A stretch of DNA of 60,660 bases, counting the filler, from Basidiobolus ranarum (lineage: Eukaryota), in the NCBI GenBank assembly GCA_040143965.1. It is 7 parts of 7 records of this genome, joined end to end, with 100 filler letters (N's around TTAATTAATTAA, not from the genome) between each part and the next. Parts side by side here need not be neighbours in the genome. Positions count along the whole stretch, not along the records: positions 43,456 to 52,016 come from JASJQH010000955.1; positions 52,117 to 60,660 come from JASJQH010000956.1; 5 more parts are not named here. One strand, written 5' to 3'. Position numbers and translations under genes: made by a program. This document shows positions 50,892 through 60,660 of the stretch, in pieces (position 1 is the stretch's first letter; each line of letters opens with the position of its first letter). The notes under the pieces were generated by a model that was given only the letters and a program-made list of their open reading frames with translations, did not search any database and was not told where the DNA came from.

Positions 50892-51429
50892 TAGTTCAGG
50901 TATAAAATTTGAGTTAAATGGCTTTCACAAGTGTTGATCCATGGGCTTCTGAGATTGTGCCAATCATGTTCAACTACTTAGTGAGATCTTGAAATTTCAC
51001 TGCTAAAACTGAAAAACTTGATTAAATTTAAATCTAACTTGACAAACTTATGATGGTTGTAAACCATATATCCAAAATGGATTTAAATTGTAATGGCTTT
51101 CATAGCATAACAATCCCCACATTTCTGTTAGGATATTGCTGAAAGTGATGATATCATGGAGGTATCACAGTATATGACCAGAATGATGCAGGTAGAAGTT
51201 CAAGTTTGGTTGAGCCAGTAAATCTAGAAATTTAATGGCATGCTGATAGATGCTGACTTTGGTTATCCTAGAGCTGATTGCACTATGTTGAAAGAAGATG
51301 ATGGTTTTGTTGTGGATTCTTTATTTTTTGCAAGCATTGGTCCATTTGATACACTTACACTAAAGAAAGTAGCTTTGATTATGTAGGAGTGGAGAGTTCA
51401 ATCCAATCTTAGCAACCAGATCTTATTGG

Positions 51430-52016
51430 TTTCCCTACACTTTTGCCACAGTTGATTGGCAACTGTTGCTTGCCACAGACCTGGTACAAGTGGAAAACAC
51501 TTGTCACTGACATGACTTATTCTCCTTCATTAATTAAACTACTTTTATGTCCAAAAGGTTGTTTGGATTTCACCAGTGATCTGAGAGACCTGAAGTCATG
51601 TGCTGTATGCACACAATTGGCAATCACTGAATCAGATAAAATTTGTGCATATTAGGCTTAAAAACCATTGTTTCCACAACTTAAAGTTTTGATGGAATCA
51701 CCCAAATATAGATCATTGATCCAATAACAAAGTACTCACCATAAAGCTGATAGTATTACTGCAATACTTGAAGGATATCACTACCAGAATTTGAAAAGTC
51801 AAGGTTTCTTTCAGGACTTGTATGATCCTGCATTTGCATTGGATCTGGATGGTTCCTTACTAAGCAAATATACTGTTGGAAAGGCTTGCTGGCCAATAAT
51901 TTTACTTAACTGAAATCTTCCTCCTTCTGAATGGTATAAGAGTCATAATATTTTGATGCTATCCATCATATCTGGACCTAAATCACCAGTGCTTATAGAT
52001 AGCTTCTTGGAGCCTT
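51430..52016 (+). mobile_element. CACTA-type transposase relic, N-terminal part
   Basis: CPKGCLDFTSDLRDLKSCAVC Cys cluster; NLPPSEWY..GPKSP..DSFLEP. Confidence 0.7.
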
Positions 52017-52116
52017 NNNNNNNNNNNNNNNNNNNNNNNNNNNNNNNNNNNNNNNNNNNNTTAATTAATTAANNNNNNNNNNNNNNNNNNNNNNNNNNNN
52101 NNNNNNNNNNNNNNNN

Positions 52117-52498
52117 AGGATTAGTTTAAATGACTATTTAGTTGAGGGAGAGTGTTGAAATTAGCATTGCCTAAACACCTATATAGTCATATATAACTTA
52201 GTACTTAGTTATCTTATAACTCACTAACATATTATCAATTATTCTCAATTGGAATTTTCTTTGAATATTTTTACCAACTTAAAAGTTCTCAGATATATAG
52301 ATTTTTCAAGCTTGTGCTAGAAGCCCCAAACTTTGCACACATGTTCCTAGGAGCTTCCTTAACATATTCTACATGTTAGTTTGTTACATCTTGACAAAAC
52401 TATTAATGTCAACTTTCTACTCAATAAATCAATAAGTGAAAACACCAATTCCTCTAATTCTCCAAATCACTTCCAATAGGCTCCCAAATACTTTAACA
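52117..52498 (+). mobile_element. Family B 3' end: PPT and 3' LTR (52153-52498)
   Basis: GTTGAGGGAGAG then TGTTGAAATTAGC...CTTTAACA; reverse complement of the LTRs at 2542 and 5338. Confidence 0.9.
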
Positions 52499-52499
52499 G

Positions 52500-53600
52500 A
52501 ATGCAAGCCACCAATATTGTGACAGTTCTCTGAAGGTTTTGCTATTTTGGAGGGTGCATCTGTTCCAGATCAAATTGATTTTATTTTTGTTAGGGATATA
52601 TTAATTAACTGAAATCTTCCTCCTTCTGAATGGTACAGGAGTCATATTAATTGGATACTATCCATCGTATCTGAGCCTAAATCATTAGTGCTCATAGATA
52701 TTTTCTTGGAGCCTTTGATTGCAAATCTTGAACACTAATCCAATAGGGCTCAGATTGGTGAAAAGTTTTTAAAACTAATCATGTTTTTTTTTTGGTGACA
52801 CTCTCACCATTATTAAACTAGGTGGTTTTTGTGAGCAAAATGCACTGTCTGGCTGTAGATTCTGTCAGATCAAGAAAGTTTACTTCACCAGTCATACATA
52901 TTACTACTACTCTAATACAACACTATATACCATGATTTTATCATAAATAGCCTGGTTGGATTTCAACATGTGTATTGATATCAATTCACATAAAAGTCAG
53001 TCTTGTATCAAACTTTTGATTAGTCATAAGCCTAAGATTGCATTGCTGAAGGCAATCAGCAAGAGCCAGAGCTTCCCATTAGGCACTATGCACTTACTAC
53101 TCAATAATATTCCAACACTACTTACTTGGCTGTATAGTGAAAATTTAATCTAAATGAGCCACACAAAATAGGATCCAAGTTTGAATTGATTGGTAAAATG
53201 CTGGAAGATGCCAAGATGTGATTATATCTTACTAGGACTCCCATCAATATCAACTCATCTAGGTGTTTATACAAATGCAAGGATGGGAAGTATTAGTTTT
53301 GTTTATACTCAAGCAAAATCTTAAAAAGATTTCTGCCTGATAAGTGCTGGTAAAACTGAGAGTGGTTTGTGGATTTTATTAATATATTCATATAGTATCA
53401 ACTCACACTGGCAGATTTCAGGTAGATATAGTGACTCTGAAAAGATTTTGCAATTGGATTTTAATAACTTTATTAGAGGCTAAAAGAAGATTGACTGAAT
53501 ATCTGTTGGTATTGAATATATTCCCTGCTGGATCTTTCATTTTGCTTAGAGATTGTTGGCTCTTGGTATACATTCTGGGAGTCCCCAATAGAGCCCTACC
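52500..53600 (+). mobile_element. CACTA-type transposase relic, core region
   Basis: NLPPSEWY..FLEPLI; GDTLTIIKLGGFCEQNALSGCRFCQIK..YYYY; SFPLGTMHLLLNNI. Confidence 0.78.
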
Positions 53601-53896
53601 TGTAGTCAAATGATGTTCTGTGTGAAATTGTATCTTTTGATTCTCATTATGGCTGGTATATAAAGCCTAAAATATCCAAATAAACAAACCCATATTAATT
53701 CAAATTTCTATAGCAGTAAACCCAGTAATTTGCCATTTGAAAATTTTGGAAATTAAATTATGCATGCCAAATGGGAGGATCAATATTTCACCATATATGG
53801 TTGCCTTCATAATACCATTAAGAAGCTGCCATTTAACCATCAAATCTCTGGCAGAATGCAAGCCACTGATATTGTGATTAAGAGAAGTTGATGGAT

Positions 53897-54163
53897 TGTT
53901 AATCATCCTACATCATAGTTTACTTTGATTATATAGATATATCGAAAGCAAGAAAGCCCGGAATCTATAGCCTCTATATCTAGATTTGGAATATCTCGGT
54001 ATCTTATCTTTTCTTACACAAACTCTGGATTGTCTTTAGCAATTGATTTACTTCTCTACTATATAAGTCACCATATTCAGTTAAGAATATAGCAATTAAA
54101 ACAGTATCACAAGTTGTCTTTAAATAATGAAATTTATTCTCATTATAACCAGATCTTTCAATA
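53897..54163 (+). repeat. Diverged family A-like LTR just 3' of YVC1
   Basis: Shared CATCATAGTT, GGAATATCTC, TTACACAAACTC and ATTGATTTACTT.TCTACTATATAAGTCACCATAT blocks. Confidence 0.8.
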
Positions 54164-54314
54164 GTTATGGTAACAATGAAGCGTAAAACATACTTAGAAT
54201 CTTTATTGAGTTTGAGTAGAAGGAATTATTTCCAATCATTCAATCAAGAAAAGTTAGTAATCGAATCTAACATTGATCAAGCTAGAGTAGGAGGAAATTA
54301 TTCCAAGAGTAGTT

Positions 54315-56673
54315 TTACTTGGTTAACTTCGCTTCAATATTAGTAAGTTTCAATTGATATTCCTTCAAAGTATTGGTAAGATTAAGTTGATTTTCTTGTA
54401 TAGATTTCAAGATATCATCAAAATTAGCAGGTATTGATTTTCCTTTAGAATATTCGGAATCATCTTGATGAATTGAAATGCATTTCTTATGTGACATTCT
54501 CTTTCGATATTCTTGATATGTTTCCATACGAGTTTCCCCATTTTCAAGTTCAGTATTTAATGCGATAAATCCACGAGTCATTTCTTGGGATTTCACTTCA
54601 ATAGCATCCGATTTAAGTTGTTCATGTAAGACAGCATCCAGTGCTTGAAATGCGGGTGGAATTAGATGTTGAGATTCATGATGGGCAATGAATATCAATG
54701 GTATCCATAATAATCCACTAAGTACGATATGATTCAATTTCGCATAATTTTCGGTGGTGAGTACCAGTGATGTTGGAATAATCAAAAATACTTCAATCAG
54801 ATTAAATGGCGCGGGGAATGGGAATTGATCCGGTGACTTTAGATAGGTGAACACTTTGAAGGTGAATAGGGCGATGTATTCTCTTTCCGCTTCATCGGTG
54901 ATACGGACGTAAGAGGAGTTGAAGAGTGCTACGAGGATGTTAAGAAGTAATACCACGGTAAAGAAAAGATAGAGACCAAAGAGTAATCCACCATAAATGG
55001 AATGATAAGATATGGCTAAATCGAAATTAGCGTCCCTAAGAATATGCAATGTGAGAAGAAGTACTTCGAAACCACCCCCACTCCCCATCAATCAACAATC
55101 ACTCACGATAAAAATGCTCGACTCAATAGACTGAATGCTGTTATCGCCTCAAACCCGGTTTCCTCAGGACCTCGGCCAAGTGCATAGAAACTTTGAAAGA
55201 ACCCAATAAATCCCCATGGAAGCAGTAAGAAGAACATCATACTGTCTTTGATCATAGCTTGCAAAACGATAATCATATTTCCAAAGAATTTCCAACTATC
55301 CAGCAATGACACCGCTTTCACCCACAAAAAGACAGCCATTACAGATAGCAAATCGTAAGCTATATCGTTATAAGACTCCATCTTCCTCTGACTGACAGCA
55401 AACAGGGCAGCAACACGGAATGCAAATGAGAGGAAGAACAAAGAATACATCATGATGTTTATCCAATGCCATATACTGTACAGATAGAACATTCCTCCTT
55501 CGTAGATCTACTCATAAGAATTAGTGGATGTGAGGTGCATTAAAGTTGGGATTTCATTACTGTACCAAGCGAAATTCTTCAAAGATGTATCCCAATATCC
55601 AGATATACACTAGCCATTCCAAAGGCTCTGGTTTGATTGTTCGGTTGTTTACGACGTAAGTATAGAGTCCGAGGAAGCATAAAAACAAGAAGACACGAAG
55701 CCCGTCTTGGTATCTGATGGAATGAGATTAGTTCCGCAGTGACAAGTAAAGCGTAGCCTAATGAGAAGTTACCTTGGGACGTTGAGACGCTCAGGATTGA
55801 TGTGTTTCCATAGTGAGGTTGATTCGTTCGGTTCATATTTGATAAAGTAAGTGTTTCCATTGACGTCTTCATTTTGTAAGATTTCTCCATTCCATATGGC
55901 CTAATGATTGAAATGGTTCATATTTGTTGGTAGGCAGCAATGCATCAAGTCAACCTACATGAATACACTTTTGAGCCTCATAATCCGCCAAGAATAGAGT
56001 GGCATGGATATCAATGGCCAATTCGATCACTGACGAAATATTTATGAATCTTATCCTGTTTAAAAATTCAATTTATAGGCCAAATACCGCTACAGGCACT
56101 AGCAATACGCTCTCCTTCGGCATAATATTTACGCAGGAGGACCTCAAAATTCAAAGTAAGTCGGTTATGGAATGAATGTAGCCTGTGAGAATGATAAAGT
56201 AAAGAATCAGTTCGCTGTCAAGGAGTCAGGTTTCTATGATAGAGTACTAACAGGTTTTTCGCCAATACTTGAGCGGCCAAAGCTCTTTGCTGCATTAAAG
56301 TTGTCCAACTGGCATCTTTTTCGGCTTCCTTTTGATAGGCACTGACACACCTTAAAGTGCAATAAATAACATGGAACGGTTCCACTTTCTCTCCTTTTTG
56401 GCCTCCAGCTAGTTGAGCAACCTGTAGGGCATATGAAATGGTTTCTTTGGTGATGATGGTGGAATCGCACCGGGTTATATCCTCTGTTTCCACAGGTTCC
56501 GGTACTACATTGTTAATAAGCGAAAATATTCCTGTAATGGTTTTACGAACTCGTTTAGCCATTTCGGTTTCGTTCTCATTCTCGGTACCTATAACGGTGC
56601 TTTGTCTCGAAGTTAAGAGTGGTTGTCTTTCCTCCTCCCCCGTTGCTCTGGAGCGACTTGGAGTATTGGACAT
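54315..56673 (-). CDS. YVC1: Vacuolar TRP-family cation channel Yvc1/TRPY1-like, multi-exon
   Basis: EERQPLL sorting-type motif; transmembrane segments YDLLS..AVFLW, FGNMIIVLQAMIKDS and VLLLNILVALFNSSY; PAPFNLIE; coiled-coil C-terminus. Confidence 0.9.
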
Positions 56674-57067
56674 ATTGGTTTGTTCGGTTTTTCTCTCCTT
56701 GCTACTTTAACTCAGCAATAAAGTAGGTGATAGCTGAGTAAATTCAAATTATTCTAATCTTTACCTTACCTTACCTGGTCTCTCCTCGCCTCACCTCACC
56801 CCATCTCAAACCCATGTTATCTAGTCGAGATTAGGTCACACTCACGCTTGACTCAACGTTACACTCCAATATAATTATCTGGTCTGGTGTATACGTGTTC
56901 CTTAAATAATCTCAAAGCTATATGAATCAGTGAATTAAGCCATGAAAAGAACTAATACCTAGTTCGATGACTAATTAAAATTTTGAAAATGTATGAAATA
57001 TCCAAGAAATTGATTTATTTACTTAAATCTATATTTTACAGTATGCATCACCTAGTAGGATGATTCA

Positions 57068-58218
57068 TTAGGCCCATATACCAATCACCGCCATAACTGC
57101 ACCACCACACCATAAGCCTAGGAAACAGGCAGTCTTTAATGGTACACTAGAATTCATAAAAGTGGGATTGTTTTGATAGTCGGTACTCATAAGCTCCACA
57201 AACGCCATATACAGTAGAATTCCAGTAGAGATGGAATCAAATACTCCGTTGACAATTAATGCGGTAGGTCCATTGGGATTATATGAACTATGAATTCCAA
57301 CCCCAATCGCTACTCCAGTAGGAGTGATAATCGCATATAAAAGAGAGGAACCATAGGAGAACATTCGATTTTGAAGGTTCAAATCTTCTACACGTGCACC
57401 CAATGCTAATCCTTCAAAGAATTGATGAAATACTACCGCTACGAGTAATGAGGTAAATTCACTACCAGCTGCTACTCCTACTGAAACTCCAATGAGTACC
57501 GAATGAAGAGCGATTCCAAATTCTAGTAGACAGGTGGATATGGTACGATCCATATTTCCTCCTTCTAAAATGCCACCATGATGATGATGACACCCACCAC
57601 TCATGTCTAGGGATGGGTTCTTTTCGAGATCCGTGGAATGCTCTTCTCCAAAGGGATAGCTTTCATGTGCAGAAGTAGTGGACGTTTTCAATTGGTAATT
57701 TTGGTATACAACACTAGCGGCATACTCAATCATCAGTAGTACTAAAGCTGCTAACATGGCAAACAGACCAGCCCATGCCCCGTAGAGCTCAGCAAATTCG
57801 CCGATACATGGATTCGTTAAACTTCTCATAGCTCCAGGAAACATATGAATGAAGCCGGTGGCGAGAATGACTCCCGTACCGAAATGTCGACCTACTGTGA
57901 TAATATCTTTTCCTAGTTTGAATTTGGGAAACGCTTTTATCAACATGGAAAAGCATGAGCCTAGCGCACTGGTGGCCATGATAATAAATATGGCACCAAT
58001 ATGTAAGCCTTGCTTATAATTCACAGATGTCTCACTCTCGCAAGAGCCTTCATCTAGTACAACTCAAGTTAATACAAATCTCTAAATAGTGACGTATGGA
58101 TGGGATATTGATACATACCTCGCTTCTCTAATTTAGCGGCTTTTGTGAATGAAATGGCCAACACCAACAGTAGAGTGATGGTAAAGAATGACCTGGAAAT
58201 ATACCCAAGGATTGCCAT
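57068..58218 (-). CDS. ZIP-family zinc/iron transporter (Zrt1/Zrt2-like); intron 58054-58118
   Basis: HFGTGVILATGFIHM, His-rich loop CHHHHG, LEFGIALHSVLIG, FHQFFEGLALG, terminal GIWA; signal-peptide-like first exon from ATG 58218. Confidence 0.95.
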
Positions 58219-59714
58219 GGTGTATGAAATCGAAAGAACAATTGGTGTATTCTTTCAACCATTCACCATCACCTTTTTATTAACAACCTCTGGTAAGGTA
58301 CCCCCCTAGTACCAAAACTTAAGAAATCCAAATTGGAAAATGATTGCTGATTTTAGAAATCCCTTTTTGTCCTTATTTGTATGCGTATAAAGCATCACCC
58401 CTTGTTTAAAACATTGTTGAATAGACAGTGTTGCGGTAATGCATTGACTGGTGAGCCTCGGTATCTAGCCTAAATCAAATGACACCTTGTAAGATCACTG
58501 TTATGTCACTCGCGCAAGTTGAAGCATGATATGGCCGCTCCTAAGTGATTCTTTACTGGACACTTAGGGTACCCCATCGGTCATCACATCCAATTGCAAG
58601 TATTTTTATATTTTTCGACTATTTTAGGTATATCTAAGCGTGTTGATTAAACTGGATAAGGCTGGAATGAACAGTTGAATCTTCCATATGCTAAAAATGT
58701 CCATCTATACGCTGTATAAAATTCGTTCTCAACTCGATGGGGGAATATTTCTTCGGATCACTCATCCACATGGTCTCGATGTACCTTAACAGTTCCGAAA
58801 TCTTCCATTCAAGGTTATCTGGAAGTAACGTTGATGTGCTTCTTAATGCTTACAAATATCTCTTTATCGTAGGATCGAATTCTCCGGTCTAGACTTTATT
58901 TTGAAGTTTACCTTGAATACCCTTTAATTTATATCCATCCAAAATGGAAAATCGAAATCAAAAAATATTCATCAGATAGTCAAGTACGCCCATATCGAAA
59001 CAATTAATCTTATCATAATTGGTTCCTATTTATTACATTAAACTTATGGATCTAATTTGGCCATCTCGCATGTGTACTTATGCGATCAATCATTTCAGCT
59101 AATTTTATTTGTTTCGATTAATCTACCACGGATGTGAGTATATGAAGAAATTTTTGCACGCTTCAAATATTCCTATATAACTGATATTGATAAACCTACT
59201 AACAATCTACACTGAATATTCTTTTTTCTCGACGCGATTCATTCAAACAAAGACAAGAAACTCTTCATGATTGGCAGTAGTACAGAGGTATTCATCATCA
59301 TGTTCATGCAAAGAAATCTTACAAGAATAACAAATAAATCCCGTACCTAATGAGTTTTGCTGGTAGGAGACATCGATCAATGCTTACTGATACCGGTTTT
59401 CCACTTGAAGACATTACAATAACTATGATTTCAAATCACCTTTTGACGACAAAGCATATACTCTTCAACTCAACCACCCAGGAGGCCTCCATTTTGAGAC
59501 ATTCGTTTCAAGATCGTAATAAGCATACCGCTAGTACAGTTTGCAAGGTATTTAGAGTGGAATTTCTCCTTAACTCTATAGTGTTAGTTAGATGCTACTA
59601 TATATCTATTGCAAGAAAAGTGTTGACAACTGCAGATCAAATTCTATGCTACCTGCAACCACTGAGTTTACCCCACCTGTTACCACAGTAGTATGACAGA
59701 TTGAACTTCTACAC

Positions 59715-60060
59715 ATTGATGCATTTTGTAGGTTTGTTGGAAGCGGTTTGGTGGACTAGAACTTTTGGTGGTTTTCATTTATTACTTTCTTGAGTGGAAA
59801 GTTGTCATCTATGGTTTTGTCAAAGAATTAATAAATAAATCTGTGAAATGTGTTAAGTAACATTTCAGGAACATGTGTATCAGGTTAGGGGTCTCTTGAA
59901 TAGGTTTGAAAAATCTCAATATCTGAGAATTTCTACATTGGTAAAAAAATTTTAAGTAAGTTCTAATGAGAACAGACAGTGATATCTAGGTCAAATATGG
60001 AATAAATAAATATTAAGCTATATATCACTATATAGATACTAGGCTATGCTAATTTCACCT
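59715..60060 (-). repeat. Diverged family B LTR (further degenerate B-like sequence continues to ~60300)
   Basis: TGTTGGAAG..GGTGGTTTTCA..GGAACATGTGT..TTTGAAAAATCT..AAGCTATATATCACTATA..GCTAATTTCA. Confidence 0.8.
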
Positions 60061-60304
60061 CATGATAAATTAGTTATGAGTTGATATAACACTTCTGTCC
60101 AGAAGTGGACAAATCAACAGGTAGAATATGTTCACAAGGGTTTCTGAAACATCTGTGCCAGCCTTAGGATCTCTCAGACAAGTTTAAGAATGTAATATAA
60201 CCACAGAACTTCCATATTTGTTAAATTATTTAAGATATATTTCTCATCAAGATATTGGCTAATTACGCAGTTAAAGATAGGTAGGTAACTTTGCAACTAT
60301 ATAG

Positions 60305-60660
60305 TGTTGAAACTAGCATGGCCTAAACACCTATAGAGTCATATATAGCTTAGTATTTAGTTATCTTATATTTCACTAGATATTTTCCCATTATGTTCAG
60401 TTGAAAATTACTTGGAATATTGACAATTGGTTCCATCCAATTTTTCAGAAGAGGGAAAAGTTCCATAAATTTGAGAAGTAGACATTACAGAGAGTGCAAG
60501 CTCGGGGCTCATAACCTGTCAAAGTATTTGGGAGCCTGTTGGAAGTGGTAAGGAGAATTGGAGTAACTGGAGGTTTTCACTTATGGATATATTGACTAGA
60601 AAGTTGACAATATTGGTTTTGTCAGGAGGAAAGCAAAATAGCTTGTAGAATGTGTTAAGC
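60305..60660. mobile_element. Family B fragments: partial LTR on + (60305-~60424) abutting gag start, PBS (60505-60516) and 5' LTR (60517-end) on the minus strand
   Basis: 60425-60660 aligns to 5248-5480; 60305 begins TGTTGAAACTAGCA, like 52153. Confidence 0.85.

Noticed and set aside
30013-58218. Ion-homeostasis gene cluster (CCH1, YVC1, ZIP)
   Set aside because: CCH1 is on a different concatenated contig; only the YVC1-ZIP adjacency is real, and two genes do not make a cluster

Overview
Eukaryotic, intron-containing, AT-rich fungal-type DNA, probably from an early-diverging fungus (the taxon is inferred, not determined). The window is not one locus. It consists of seven contigs of steadily decreasing length (8611, 8592, 8588, 8587, 8577, 8561 and 8544 bp) joined by artificial N44-TTAATTAATTAA-N44 linkers. 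Roughly half is decayed, CpG-depleted transposon DNA: three Ty1/copia LTR families with nested insertions and solo LTRs, a chromodomain Ty3/gypsy 3' end, CACTA-type transposase relics, a MITE, and a tRNA-like sequence next to an LTR-like end. Host genes are a truncated ankyrin-PH OSH1-like gene, MED19, an asparaginase-like gene with an altered catalytic motif, a small secreted C-type-lectin-like gene, cytosolic SHMT, OGFOD1/TPA1, a 5'-truncated CCH1, YVC1/TRPY1 and a ZIP zinc transporter. The most notable feature absent from the ORF track is a spliced non-coding host gene (about 12345-13320). Each of its four introns carries a copy of the same box C/D snoRNA (snR56/U25 type, guide for 18S Gm1428 in yeast numbering). 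All family assignments come from motif recognition by eye; no database searches were run.
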